A stretch of DNA of 64,000 bases. Source: Akkermansia muciniphila (GTDB lineage Bacteria; Verrucomicrobiota; Verrucomicrobiia; Methylacidiphilales; CAMAQI01). Below the pieces are notes generated by a model, which did not search any database, was not told where the DNA came from, and saw only the letters and a list, made by a program, of their open reading frames with translations. Location of the stretch: contig CAMCYL010000004.1 in assembly GCA_945883905.1 (NCBI GenBank), positions 2,190 to 66,189 of the forward strand, in the 5' to 3' direction. This document shows positions 8,041 through 18,106 of the stretch, in pieces (the first letter of the stretch is position 1; each line of letters begins with the position of its first letter). The position numbers and the translations under genes were made by a program.

Positions 8041-9201
8041 TTACAAAGGATCTCCCCCTTCATTCAGAATTTTGAGATAAGCATCATAAACGAAAAATCG
8101 ATTTCGTTTTTGACCGGTCATTTCTCGAACGATTCCCATTTCGATGAGTGATGAAACCGCTTTTGTGGCTGTTGGAAACGTCATTTGATGATCACGACAG
8201 ATCTGTTTTAAATTCAAAATGGGACGTTTTTCAAATTCGTGAAAGACGCGAAGGATGTTGGCAGCAAGACGTTTTGTTTCTTGCACCTGTTTTCGATCCT
8301 TTTCAAAAAGTACTATCAAACGTCGAACAGTTTCAACCGCTCCCAATGCAGTTTCTTCAACCCCTTCGAGAAAGAAATCCAACCAGCTTTCCCAATCCCC
8401 TTGAGTGCGAACAATATCCAGTTTTTCGTAATAAATATTCCGATGTTTTTTGAGATAAAGACTTAAATAAAGAAGTGGAAGAGAAAGAAGGCCTCCTTCA
8501 TGAAGAAGCAAAGCAATTAAGAGCCGTCCCAATCGTCCATTGCCATCGAGGAAGGGATGGATGGTTTCAAATTGAACATGGGCAAGAGCCGCTTTGAGGA
8601 GGAGTGGAGTAGAGTGATCATCATGGAGAAATTTTTCTAAATCGCCCATGCAACGATCAACTTCATGGGGAGGAGGAGGAACAAAGTGTGCTTTGCCTGG
8701 TCTTGTGCCGCCGATCCAATTTTGGCTTCGACGAAACTCCCCGGGATTCTTATCACTTCCACGACCTCTGGACATGAGTTGAGCATGCATCTCTCGAAGA
8801 AGACGGTTACTCAAGGGAAAACCGTCTTTGAGCCGACTCATCCCGTGATTTAACGCAGCGATGTAATTGGAGACCTCAACCACGTCATCAAAAGGAACTC
8901 CAGGGACTTCATCGATTTCAAAAAGTAAAAGATCCGACAGGGAAGATTGGGTTCCTTCAATTTGTGAAGAGAGAACCGCTTCTCGACGAACATACGCGTA
9001 AAGAAATAGGTCGGGATCAGGTAACAATGTGGCGACACTGTCGAGCCGTCCGACAGCAATCGTCGCGCGTTCGAGAAGCCTTTGGCGAGATCCCGTCAGA
9101 TCCAAGGGAGGGACAGGAGGAAGCGATAACGGGATAAATGCTTTTACGGTCTCTCCTCCTAAAGTGGAAATACTGTAATTACCTGTTTCAGATCGAATCA
9201 T
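8041..9201 (-). CDS. fic: Fic-family protein (AMPylase-type, Fic_N plus Fic plus C-terminal wHTH)
   Basis: Intact active-site motif HPFLDGNGRLGRLL. N-terminal SSQIEGT matches the (S/T)xxxE(G/N) inhibitory helix motif. I prefer the ATG at 9201 (MIRSETGNY..) over the start at 9246. Confidence 0.85.
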   Translation of the reverse strand: MIRSETGNYSISTLGGETVKAFIPLSLPPVPPLDLTGSRQRLLERATIAVGRLDSVATLLPDPDLFLYAYVRREAVLSSQIEGTQSSLSDLLLFEIDEVPGVPFDDVVEVSNYIAALNHGMSRLKDGFPLSNRLLREMHAQLMSRGRGSDKNPGEFRRSQNWIGGTRPGKAHFVPPPPHEVDRCMGDLEKFLHDDHSTPLLLKAALAHVQFETIHPFLDGNGRLGRLLIALLLHEGGLLSLPLLYLSLYLKKHRNIYYEKLDIVRTQGDWESWLDFFLEGVEETALGAVETVRRLIVLFEKDRKQVQETKRLAANILRVFHEFEKRPILNLKQICRDHQMTFPTATKAVSSLIEMGIVREMTGQKRNRFFVYDAYLKILNEGGDPL

Positions 9202-9334
9202 AGGATAAACCTTTAATAAGAATATTCTTATTAAATAAAATAGCAAGTTTCTTTAATAAAAGATTACTTATTAAGCCCAGATTCTGCTTTAGGAATCGAT
9301 TTTATCTGTAAAGCATGTCACCAGAATGGTGAAA

Positions 9335-9385
9335 GAGAAATGGAGCGCTGATCCGTCAGCTGCCGGAGCGGCATGGTTGTGGGGT
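9335..9385. repeat. C-type repeat fragment
   Basis: ggagcgctgatccgtcagctgccggagcggcatgg matches ggagcgccgatccgtcagctgacggagcggcatgg at 21573-21607. Confidence 0.7.
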
Positions 9386-9951
9386 GATTTGAGTCCCGGT
9401 GTTCGTGTCACGATGTCTTTATCTAAAGCAAAACTGGGACAAAACACATTGTGCCACGGGGGCGGTGCGCCCCTTTCAAAATCACTGTTTTGTGCGGAGC
9501 AAATTTCATAAACCAGGGTCGGAAAAAGTAAATTCGATCCCACCGATGATACCACAGCCAAATGAGTCTTGGTTCAGGTGCCTCTCGTTTGAAAAAATGA
9601 TGCACATCAAGGGCGCGTTTTTTTTGTAGAAAGACAATGGCCACTCCTTATCCAAAAAAGTGGATTTCGATCCAAGAACAAATCGATAAACTGAAGCACG
9701 TAATATTTCTGACTCAGTGCCACCTTATGCTTCCTTTTTTGACCCAGTGCCACATTATGGGTAAAAAGAGTGTCAAGATATGGGTTCAGTCACACAATGG
9801 TATTGTGTGATCATGAGAATTGGCTTCTTTTCAAAGATTTTTTCGAGAATCGTATACTTCATATTTTAATTTTATTTAGGAACGAAATAGCGACTGTTTT
9901 AAAAGTCTCTTTTTCTTTTACGAGGGGGATCGGATTTGTTTCAATGGGAGG

Positions 9952-11742
9952 ATGGCGACTTATTCCAATATCTCCTCCTATCTCTTTGCGAACCTGACCG
10001 ATCTTAAGGAGCTTCGGGGGCGTTTGATCTCAGAATGTAAAGAGCGACAACTCAAGGGCTCTATTCTTTTAAGTAATGAGGGAATTAATCTCTTCATCGC
10101 CGGAACTCGTTCCGATGTTGATGCGGTCGTCGCTTTGATTCGGGCGGTTCCCGGTCTGGAGAAACTCGCCCCCAAATATAGTGAGAGTGATCATCAGCCG
10201 TTCAATCGAATGTTAGTTCGCATTAAAAAAGAGATTATCTCTTTCGGTGTCGAGGGGATCAATCCTGCCAATCGGACCTCTCCAAAGCTTTCCGCTCAAG
10301 AACTGAAGCAGTGGCTCGATGAGGGAAAACCGGTAACGCTTCTTGATACTCGTAACGATTACGAAATTAAACTCGGAACTTTTAAAGGAGCGCTTCCAGC
10401 AGGGATCGGTCACTTCCGTCAATTCCCCGAGGCCGTTCGTAAACTTCCCCCTGAAATGAAGGAGGCTCCGATAGTGATGTTTTGTACCGGCGGGATTCGT
10501 TGTGAGAAAGCCGGGCCGTTTATGGAGATGGAGGGATTCAAACAGATCTTTCAACTCGATGGCGGAATATTGAAATATTTTGAGGAGGTCGGCGGCGATC
10601 ATTACGATGGGGAATGTTTTGTATTCGATCAAAGAGTTGGTGTTGATCCTGCATTAAATGAATCAGAGACAACCCAATGCTATGCCTGTCAAACGCCGTT
10701 AACGAAAGAGGAGCAGGAGGATCCCCGCTATGTATATCCCCATAGTTGCCCTTATTGTTATAAAGCCCCTGAGATTATTTTAAGCGAACGTCTAGAGGAG
10801 TTGCAGTCCAAACTTCTTGCGGTGACGACTCCTTTACCCGGTTCCGTTCCGTATGAAAATCGACGACCGATGCAAGTCCCTGAGAAATTTGAGGGGGTTG
10901 AAGTCGCCGATTTTCTTTACGGAATATTAAAACATCAAACTCGTGAGGAGTGGAAAGCGTTGTGTGATCTCGGTCGAATTCTCGATGAAGAGGGGAAAGT
11001 GGTAGCCGCGACTGATCGAGTCAAAGCGAAGAAAAGACTGTATCATCTTCAACCCAATCTGGTCGAACCTCCGGTCAATCCAGGGATTCGGTTTATCTAT
11101 GAGGATGAAGCGATTCTTGTTTTATTCAAACCGGCTCCGCTTCCTGTTCATCCCTGTGGACGTTATAACCGCAATACCTTGGATTATATGATTAGTCTCG
11201 TTTACCCGTTACGAAAAATCCGGGCCGCCCATCGCATTGACGCGAATACCACAGGTATTATGGTGATGACCAAAGCGCGACGATTTGCAGCGATTTTACA
11301 GCCGCAATTTTCTCGGGGAGAAGTGGAAAAAACATATCTTGTTAAAGTCCAAGGAATCGCGAAAGAAGATCGATTTGTAATCGATCTTCCGATCTCTGCG
11401 GAACCGGGAGAGGTCGGAACCCGGGAGGCCGATCTGGAACATGGGTTACCGGCACGAACCGAATTTGAGGTCTTAGAGCGGCAATCGGAGGGAACCACTC
11501 TTTTGATTGCCAAACCGTTGACCGGTCGAACCAATCAGATTCGTGTTCATCTCTGGGAGAAGGGAATGCCGGTCCTCGGTGATCCGGTTTATTTACCAGG
11601 AAGAAAACTCGGAACGACTCAAACCAATAATCTCGCGGATGCACCACTTTGTTTACATTCGTGGAAAATTGGATTCACCCATCCGATGACAAAAAAACCG
11701 GTTCAGTTTGAGAGCGAAAAACCGACTTGGGCAGAAATTTAG
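9952..11742 (+). CDS. Fusion protein: rhodanese-domain TrhO/YceA (UPF0176) N-terminal half plus RluA-family pseudouridine synthase C-terminal half
   Basis: N-terminal half: ..LLDTRNDYE..GTFKGA..VMFCTGGIRCEKA..LDGGILKY (UPF0176 rhodanese with active-site Cys), then CxxC..CxxC (CYACQ..CPYCY). C-terminal half: ..VLFKPAPLPVHP..AHRIDANTTGIMVM..EKTYLVKVQG..TGRTNQIRVHL (RluA family). Confidence 0.8.
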   Translation: MATYSNISSYLFANLTDLKELRGRLISECKERQLKGSILLSNEGINLFIAGTRSDVDAVVALIRAVPGLEKLAPKYSESDHQPFNRMLVRIKKEIISFGVEGINPANRTSPKLSAQELKQWLDEGKPVTLLDTRNDYEIKLGTFKGALPAGIGHFRQFPEAVRKLPPEMKEAPIVMFCTGGIRCEKAGPFMEMEGFKQIFQLDGGILKYFEEVGGDHYDGECFVFDQRVGVDPALNESETTQCYACQTPLTKEEQEDPRYVYPHSCPYCYKAPEIILSERLEELQSKLLAVTTPLPGSVPYENRRPMQVPEKFEGVEVADFLYGILKHQTREEWKALCDLGRILDEEGKVVAATDRVKAKKRLYHLQPNLVEPPVNPGIRFIYEDEAILVLFKPAPLPVHPCGRYNRNTLDYMISLVYPLRKIRAAHRIDANTTGIMVMTKARRFAAILQPQFSRGEVEKTYLVKVQGIAKEDRFVIDLPISAEPGEVGTREADLEHGLPARTEFEVLERQSEGTTLLIAKPLTGRTNQIRVHLWEKGMPVLGDPVYLPGRKLGTTQTNNLADAPLCLHSWKIGFTHPMTKKPVQFESEKPTWAEI

Positions 11743-11744
11743 GC

Positions 11745-11880
11745 TCGATATTTCCTTCAATCCCGGAGAAAGAGGGGCTATTAGGCCATTAGACTGTTCA
11801 GTCGCAAGCGACTTAGGCATTAGGGAGAAGGCTAAAAGCCATACAGTCTAAAAGCCTATCGGCCTTCTTTCGACGAATGT
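11745..11880. repeat. C-type repeat cluster
   Basis: ggggctattaggccattagactgttcag..ggcattagggagaaggctaaaagcc..aagcctatcggcc. It is related to 1040-1090 (reverse complement) and to 6250/21640. Confidence 0.6.
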
Positions 11881-11933
11881 CGTTTTCAGAATTTCTGAAC
11901 GAATTCCCAAGAGTTGCCTTATGCTCTTAGGCA

Positions 11934-12461
11934 ATGTACTTTACTGGCATGACGGACAAACAAATTTTTGATGCCACTACAGGTCAAGGCTCTGAAGAAC
12001 TTCAGAAGATTTTAAAGATTTGTTCGGAAACAGGGGAATGGTGCCTTATTGGCGGCCTTGCTCTAAATACACATCTTGAGGAGCCTCGCTTTACCCGAGA
12101 TGCAGATATTGTATTCACTCACGAAAAAATAGGTGATTTATGCGAAAAGCTCGAAGCAGAAGGATTCAAGATAGAACGGTTTGAGTACTCTATTAATATT
12201 CATGGATTGAGCCGTGTCTATTTTCAAATGAGTACAGATGTTGAATATAAGGATTTCCCCAAAAGAGCCGTCGATAAAATCCTTTGGGGAATCCCCGTAA
12301 AATCAGCCTGTATCGAAGATTTGATTAAGAGTAAAATTCTCGCATCTCAAGAACCGAAAAGACGGACTTCAAAACGAATTCAAGATATTGCCGATCTTGA
12401 GCGTATTCGCGAAGAGTTTCCTGAATATTCAAATGCTATTCCCCACCGTGATCGAATCTAG
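11934..12461 (+). CDS. Minimal nucleotidyltransferase-fold protein (DUF6036/AbiEii-like)
   Basis: ..WCLIGGLALNTHLEEPRFTRDADIVF.. has the GG..A..R.T.D.D layout, and ..DLIKSKILAS..KRIQDIADLERI is the tail typical of MNT-like NTases. The start could be the ATG at 11949. Confidence 0.4.
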   Translation: MYFTGMTDKQIFDATTGQGSEELQKILKICSETGEWCLIGGLALNTHLEEPRFTRDADIVFTHEKIGDLCEKLEAEGFKIERFEYSINIHGLSRVYFQMSTDVEYKDFPKRAVDKILWGIPVKSACIEDLIKSKILASQEPKRRTSKRIQDIADLERIREEFPEYSNAIPHRDRI

Positions 12462-12551
12462 TTCCATTTCGCATCACCCTTCTTTCCCCATGCCAAACAA
12501 TTGGATCAAATAAAAGCTTTATTATTATTATTTATTTTTTAACTTTACGAT

Positions 12552-14957
12552 GTGAAAAATGCGCAGGCGATTTTTAGAAATTCAAGTTGGATTTGGGCAA
12601 ATCAGCCTCATTGGGATTTAAATAATGGCTATGTGCTTTTTCGAAAAAGCGTCACCCTCGATCGTGTTCCCCGAGGGGCGAGGTTGTTTATAACGGCGGA
12701 TCAATCGTATCAATTGTATATCAATGGGAATTTCGTTAATCGAGGCCCCGCACGTGGATTTCAAAGTCGGTGGCCTTTTGATGAAGTTCCCGTTGAATCA
12801 TATCTCAAAAAAGGGGATAACCTCATTGCGATTCGTGCCTATAATCCCGGATATAGTAATTTTCAATATATCCATCAAGGCGTCGCAGGACTTCTCGTCG
12901 CGGGAACTTGGGGGAAGGTCTCTGTCTCTTCAGATGAATCGTGGAAATCTCGTCGTCAATCCGGAGTGACCAAGGGAACAGTTCAAGTGAGTGTGATGCT
13001 ATTTAGTCAAGAGCACATTGATCTTCGTGAGGAACCGACGAACTGGATGAAAGACTCCTTCAATGATCAGGCATGGGAAAAGGCGTTAATTACTTTTTCC
13101 CCGAGCTATAATCGACCTCCCTGGACCTCGCTTGAAGCGAGAGGTATTCCATTAATGGAAGAGAAAACAATTAAGCCACTAACGATCCTCGGAGTTTCTC
13201 AAGGGAAATCATTACCACAACCCAAGATCCTTCGAGATGTTGTTATTCCTCGCTATCGGGAAGGTTTACAACATGATCGAAAAGAGTCTCCCTATCGAGT
13301 TCTGAAAATAGCGGCGAGTGGGCGGGAAAAGTTTCAAAGTTATTTGATCGATTTTGGAAAAACTCAAATCGGTAGTTTAAAGGTGGAGATCAAAGGATCA
13401 CGGGGTGGGGAGATTATCGATACGTTTTACGGGGAGACCATCGATAAAAAGACTTTAGCACCCGACTTTCTTGAAAATGCTTTTAGTCATATGGCGTTTG
13501 GCGGTCGGCTCATTTGTTCTGCTCAAACAGAGAGCCATCTTTTTTATCATGCATATGGATTCCGCTATTTAATTGTGACGGTTCGTGATTCCGAAGGGCC
13601 CTTTGAAATCGATCTTTCCTTACAAACGATCCGCTATCCGTTCGAATGGAAAGGGAGATTTGAGAGTTCCGAGGCGGACTTAAATAAGATCTGGCAAGCC
13701 AGTGCTTGGACTCAACAAGTTTGTTGTTTAGATGCTTTTGTCGATACCCCTTGGCGGGAGCAGGCTCAATGGTGGGGGGATGCCTTAATTCAAGGAAAAA
13801 CGGCCTATCATCTTTCCGGAGATACGGCCTTGTTTAGACGTGGAATCGATCAGATTGCCTTTCAAAAGACAGAAGATGGATTGACCTATAGTCATGCGCC
13901 AACGACAGCACATTATACGGTCATTCCCGATTTTTCGTTGATGTGGATATTAACGGTTTGGGAAGATTATTGGAGAACCGGTTCTATTGAGATCTATCAA
14001 AAACATCATGAAACGGTATGGGGCATGATTCGTTATTTTGAGGCTCATTCGCAAATTAAAACGGGACTTATTCAGCATGACCCTCGGTATTGGCTCTTTT
14101 TAGATTGGCGAGAGATCTATCGGGAGGGATATCCGACCGTTTATAATCTCTTATTTTTAATGACTTTAGAAAAAGTTTTAAAGCTTGAAAAAATTCTTCA
14201 TCCCAAGAGAGATCTTAAGCGGTATAGGCAATGGGGCTCTCGACTCCGTCAATCGTTGCTTCGACTTCGAAATGCAAAGGGGCAATTTGAAGATGGGCTT
14301 ACCGTTAAAGGAAAACGGGTGAAGAGTACTTCAATCCAAGCGCAAACCTTAGCAATTCTTGCGGAGCTTGATCCTGCGAATGATCTCGCTCGTTTAAACT
14401 CCTTAGTTTTACCTTGGATTCGCGGTGAAATTGAATTAGGGGATGAGAAGAGTATGTTTCCCTCCGCCGCTTGGACGACCTATGTTTTTGATGCCTTAAA
14501 GAAATATGGATATGAAGCGGAGATTATTCAATTTATTCGACGGCATTGGACAGTGATGGCCGAGTATGGAACGACTTGGGAGGATTTTAAGCCCTCCCTT
14601 GGAAATTTTAGCCATTCTCATGCGTGGTCGGCTCATCCCCTTTCCCATTTAATGTCAATCTTGGGTGGAGTGATCGCAACAAAGTGCGGATCAAAAGAGA
14701 TTCAATTTAAACCGTTCTTTTACGGGAAAAATGTGGAAGTAAAGACGCCGTTACTTCAAGGGGTTGCGATTTCTGGATGGAAAAGAGTCGGTAATAAAAT
14801 CGATTGCTGGCTAAAACTCCCAAAAGGAGTTGAAGCGATCGTCCATCTTCCAGGACAGAAAGTAAAGCGAGTGAGAGGAACAAATCATCGGAGCGGCCTA
14901 ACGGTAGCTTCGACTTCTCCAGTTACATCTAAAAAAACTCTAAAGAAAACAATATGA
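12552..14957 (+). CDS. GH78-like alpha-L-rhamnosidase family protein
   Basis: N-terminus SSWIWAN..YVLFRKSVTL..ARLFITADQSYQLYINGNFVNRGPARG..GDNLIAIRAYN (Bac_rhamnosid_N-like). Later ..DTPWREQAQWWGDAL.. is six-hairpin glycosidase-like. No signal peptide. GTG start. Confidence 0.65.
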   Translation: MKNAQAIFRNSSWIWANQPHWDLNNGYVLFRKSVTLDRVPRGARLFITADQSYQLYINGNFVNRGPARGFQSRWPFDEVPVESYLKKGDNLIAIRAYNPGYSNFQYIHQGVAGLLVAGTWGKVSVSSDESWKSRRQSGVTKGTVQVSVMLFSQEHIDLREEPTNWMKDSFNDQAWEKALITFSPSYNRPPWTSLEARGIPLMEEKTIKPLTILGVSQGKSLPQPKILRDVVIPRYREGLQHDRKESPYRVLKIAASGREKFQSYLIDFGKTQIGSLKVEIKGSRGGEIIDTFYGETIDKKTLAPDFLENAFSHMAFGGRLICSAQTESHLFYHAYGFRYLIVTVRDSEGPFEIDLSLQTIRYPFEWKGRFESSEADLNKIWQASAWTQQVCCLDAFVDTPWREQAQWWGDALIQGKTAYHLSGDTALFRRGIDQIAFQKTEDGLTYSHAPTTAHYTVIPDFSLMWILTVWEDYWRTGSIEIYQKHHETVWGMIRYFEAHSQIKTGLIQHDPRYWLFLDWREIYREGYPTVYNLLFLMTLEKVLKLEKILHPKRDLKRYRQWGSRLRQSLLRLRNAKGQFEDGLTVKGKRVKSTSIQAQTLAILAELDPANDLARLNSLVLPWIRGEIELGDEKSMFPSAAWTTYVFDALKKYGYEAEIIQFIRRHWTVMAEYGTTWEDFKPSLGNFSHSHAWSAHPLSHLMSILGGVIATKCGSKEIQFKPFFYGKNVEVKTPLLQGVAISGWKRVGNKIDCWLKLPKGVEAIVHLPGQKVKRVRGTNHRSGLTVASTSPVTSKKTLKKTI

Positions 14958-15043
14958 AAAATCCAAATCCGGATCCGATTAAACACAAAGAAATTCCGAT
15001 CTGGCGTTTTTCTTCTAGTATGTATTGTTCAAAGGGGCGTTGA
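14954..15043 (+). pseudogene. Remnant 5' end of a MaoC-dehydratase gene (first 17 codons, then unrelated tail)
   Basis: ATGAAAAATCCAAATCCGGATCCGATTAAACACAAAGAAATTCCGATCTGG (14954-15004) matches 19239-19289 at 48 of 51 positions by manual alignment. All 3 differences are synonymous third-position changes. The frame then runs RFSSSMYCSKGR*. Confidence 0.7.
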
Positions 15044-15044
15044 T

Positions 15045-15830
15045 TCATAAGGGGATACCAAGTGCCTGAAGGATCTCTTTTTGTGCGGTAAAAAGAGCTT
15101 CATCTATTTTTTGGGGATGAACGGCTCCTATTCGTTGATGGAACCGATTCACTGCGAGAGCGACACGAAATTGAAAATGGGGACTTTCGATCGGTATCAC
15201 CCGATCTTCGATGCCTTCAATCATATCGCTGTTTTGAATGTAGATTTTTTTCTTGGCGATCGAATTTAAAGTTTCAAGAAATTTTACTTTTTGAACTTTA
15301 TTCTGCTTTAGCCACTCCAGCGATTTTTCTAAAGCGAGGAGTTGCATTTCCGGCTTCAGTCGGGAGAGCAGTACTTTTCCTGAGGAAGTTTGAAAGGGAT
15401 CAAAGGAACTTCCGATTTCACAGGTTAATCGAAGTTTTTCAGGACTCTCGATTTGATAGAAAACATTTAAGAGTCCTTCGGAAAGAAGACTCAAATGAAC
15501 GCTTTCACGAATGGTTTGAACGAGTTTTTGGAGGGGGAGTCGTGAGGCCTCTTTAATTTTTTCAATGGGACTGTGCAGGCGTGAAAGCTCAAATAGTTTA
15601 AGCGTTAACGCATATTTACCTGATAGATCATCGCGACGAAGGTAGCCCATCGCCACGAGACAGTTGAGCATTCGAAAGAGCTCCTGACGACTTTTCCCTA
15701 GAAGTTGTGCGAGGTCGGCAAGGGACAAGGGAACTGCCGCATTTGCAATTTCCTCAAGGATCAAAATCCCTTTTTCGAGCGCCGGTACTGCATAAGAGGG
15801 AGAAATTGTTTTTGAAGATTTTTTATTCAT
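15045..15830 (-). CDS. IclR-family transcriptional regulator
   Basis: N-terminal wHTH ALEKGILILEEIANAAVPLSLADLAQLLGKSRQELFRMLNCLVAMGYL plus a C-terminal IclR effector-type domain. Confidence 0.85.
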   Translation of the reverse strand: MNKKSSKTISPSYAVPALEKGILILEEIANAAVPLSLADLAQLLGKSRQELFRMLNCLVAMGYLRRDDLSGKYALTLKLFELSRLHSPIEKIKEASRLPLQKLVQTIRESVHLSLLSEGLLNVFYQIESPEKLRLTCEIGSSFDPFQTSSGKVLLSRLKPEMQLLALEKSLEWLKQNKVQKVKFLETLNSIAKKKIYIQNSDMIEGIEDRVIPIESPHFQFRVALAVNRFHQRIGAVHPQKIDEALFTAQKEILQALGIPL

Positions 15831-15878
15831 TGTTCTTGACTATTTTATATTTAGAACGATGTTTTGTCAATAAAACAT

Positions 15879-16958
15879 ATGACTATTCCTTATTTACCGG
15901 AACTTCCTAAAAACAAAATTCCGATTATGATCATTGGTGCAGGAAGTATTGTGAAGGACGCGCATTTGCCTGCCTATCGTCAAGCGGGATTTGAAGTGGT
16001 GGGGATCACAAATCGTAATCGAGCGAAAGCAGAGGAATTAGCCTCGAGTTTTGGAATCTCGCATGTTTATCATACTTTAGAAGAGGCCCTTCCGCATCTT
16101 CCCAAAGAGGTCGTGTTTGACTTAACGCTTCCCGCTAATTATTTTGCCGAATATCTTTTGAAGCTTCCGGACGGGGCACTTGTTCTCATTCAAAAGCCGA
16201 TCGGGGAGACGATGGAGCAGGCAAAGGAAATCCTTCGAATTTGTCGCCAGAAAAAGTTGAGGGCCGCGGTTAATTTTCAGCTTCGCTTTGCTCCCTTTGT
16301 GATCGCTGCAAAATATTTAATCGATCGAGGGGTGATTGGAGATTTATATGATATGGAGGCACGAGTCACGGTTCAGACCCCGTGGGATCATTTTGAGTTT
16401 TTGAAAAATGTTCCTCGATTAGAAATAGTATATCACAGCGTTCATTATATCGATTGCATTCGACACTTTTTAGGGAACCCAAAAGGAATCTACGCGAAGA
16501 CGCTTCGTCATCCCAAACTTTCATCGATGGCAGAAAGTCGATCCTCCCTTATTCTGGATTACGGGGAATCGGTAAGAGCAAATATTCAAACGAATCATTT
16601 TCATGAATACGGGTCGAAACATCAAGAAAGCTATATTAAGTGGGAGGGATCAAAAGGAGCGATTAAAGCAAAACTCGGACTTTTGATGAATTATCCGAAA
16701 GGGGTCCCGGATCTTTTGGAATATGCGACCAAAAACGCAAAAGGGGAATATGAATGGCAAGAGATTCCCGTGAAGGGAAGTTGGTTCCCTGAGGCCTTTA
16801 TTGGAACGATGTCCCAGATGATGCGTTTGCAGGAGGGAAGCGATTCATCTCTCTGTACCTCCGTCGAGGATTGTATTCACACAATGGCTTGCGTTGAGGC
16901 CGCTTATGCTTCGAGTCTTCAAGGGGGAGTTTCTCCACAATCTTTTTATAATTTATGA
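15879..16958 (+). CDS. Gfo/Idh/MocA-family NAD(P)-dependent oxidoreductase
   Basis: Rossmann fold IPIMIIGAGSIVKDAHLPAY.. and ..VLIQKPIGET... I prefer the ATG at 15879 over the non-ATG start at 15864. Confidence 0.8.
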   Translation: MTIPYLPELPKNKIPIMIIGAGSIVKDAHLPAYRQAGFEVVGITNRNRAKAEELASSFGISHVYHTLEEALPHLPKEVVFDLTLPANYFAEYLLKLPDGALVLIQKPIGETMEQAKEILRICRQKKLRAAVNFQLRFAPFVIAAKYLIDRGVIGDLYDMEARVTVQTPWDHFEFLKNVPRLEIVYHSVHYIDCIRHFLGNPKGIYAKTLRHPKLSSMAESRSSLILDYGESVRANIQTNHFHEYGSKHQESYIKWEGSKGAIKAKLGLLMNYPKGVPDLLEYATKNAKGEYEWQEIPVKGSWFPEAFIGTMSQMMRLQEGSDSSLCTSVEDCIHTMACVEAAYASSLQGGVSPQSFYNL

Positions 16959-18106
16959 CAATACTTAAAGGAATGACCTGGGATCACACGCGCGGATATC
17001 TCTCCGTCGCTGCGACGGCACAACGGTATCACGAATTGTATCCCGAAATAGAAATTCAATGGGAAAAACGTTCGCTTAAACATTTTGGGGAATTTCCCGT
17101 TCATAAGCTGATGGATGATTTTGATCTGATGGTTATCGATCATCCTTATATCGGTTATGCCGCAAAATATGAGGTCTTTTTACCGATATCCGATTCACTC
17201 GCTACGGATTATTTACTCGATCAATCGGCGAATTCCGTGGGGGATTCTTATCGATCCTATGAGTGGAACAAAAAACTGTGGGCCCTTCCGATTGATGCGG
17301 CCACACCGGTTGCCGCATGGCGAGCGGATCTTGCTGAAAAAAAGGGATGGGTAGTTCCAAAAACATGGGAAGAATTGCTGGAGGGATGTGATCGTGGATT
17401 TGTCGATGTTGTGATGGAGGATATCAATGCCTTAATGAATTGGTATGGAATGATTCTTGCGGTGGGAGAAACCCCCTTTCAAAACGAATCGGCGATTGCT
17501 TCAGAGGCGGCAGGTGTAGAGGCTCTCGAATTATTGAAAGAGTTGGTGAGACGGGGAGATCCCCAAAAAAATAAACATAATCCGATTCAATCGCTTAACC
17601 TTTTAAGTTCGAGTGCGAATACCGAAAAAATTTATTCCATTTTTCCGTATGGCTATTCTAATTATTCAAAACGGGGTTATGATGATTTTCCGTTAGTCTT
17701 TGGGGAACTGCCGACCTTTCGCGGAAAACCGCTTCGGACAACGATCGGCGGGACGGGGATTGCGATCTCATCCAAATCACGTCATCCAGAGATCGCGATT
17801 GACTATGCTCGCTATACCGCAAGCCCCGAAATTCAACGCACATTATTTACCGATGCGGGAGGACAACCGGCGCACCGAAAAGCGTGGGTGGATGCGGAAA
17901 ATAATCGACTGAGTTATCAATTTTTTAAGAATACCCTTCCGATATTAGATCGCTCATTTTTGCGGCCACGTTATGTCGGATATGATCAATTTCAAGAACA
18001 TGCGGGGCAGGTGATCAATCGCACCCTTTACGGCTCTCAAACGACAATAGAGACCTATGAAGAGTTAAATCGTCTTTATCGGCTCTCTCTTAAGGAGGCT
18101 TTATGA
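16955..18106 (+). CDS. Solute-binding-protein family 1-like protein without a signal peptide
   Basis: ..[13 protein letters not shown].., ..[27 protein letters not shown].., ..[11 protein letters not shown].. resemble SBP_bac_1. The N-terminus [14 protein letters not shown] has no signal or lipobox. ATGA overlaps occur at both ends. Confidence 0.55.
   Translation: MTILKGMTWDHTRGYLSVAATAQRYHELYPEIEIQWEKRSLKHFGEFPVHKLMDDFDLMVIDHPYIGYAAKYEVFLPISDSLATDYLLDQSANSVGDSYRSYEWNKKLWALPIDAATPVAAWRADLAEKKGWVVPKTWEELLEGCDRGFVDVVMEDINALMNWYGMILAVGETPFQNESAIASEAAGVEALELLKELVRRGDPQKNKHNPIQSLNLLSSSANTEKIYSIFPYGYSNYSKRGYDDFPLVFGELPTFRGKPLRTTIGGTGIAISSKSRHPEIAIDYARYTASPEIQRTLFTDAGGQPAHRKAWVDAENNRLSYQFFKNTLPILDRSFLRPRYVGYDQFQEHAGQVINRTLYGSQTTIETYEELNRLYRLSLKEAL

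Noticed and set aside
9423-9644. Possible degraded RAYT/IS200-like transposase (..EPRLIWLWYHRWDRIYFF.. faintly recalls PR..PG..YH...RG..R..IF)
   Set aside because: The resemblance rests on a handful of residues. The HUH and catalytic Tyr motifs cannot be identified, and the ORF is only 73 aa and overlaps another ORF. That is insufficient evidence.
10213-10632. Antisense or alternative-frame ORFs inside long genes (for example 10213..10632, 11202..11534, 23793..24128, 24639..24944, 38546..38956, 43392..43715, 46902..47210, 35985..36302)
   Set aside because: Each is fully embedded in a longer ORF with clear family-level sequence signatures. Their sequences are compositionally odd (R/S/F/L-rich). 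They are most likely shadow ORFs.
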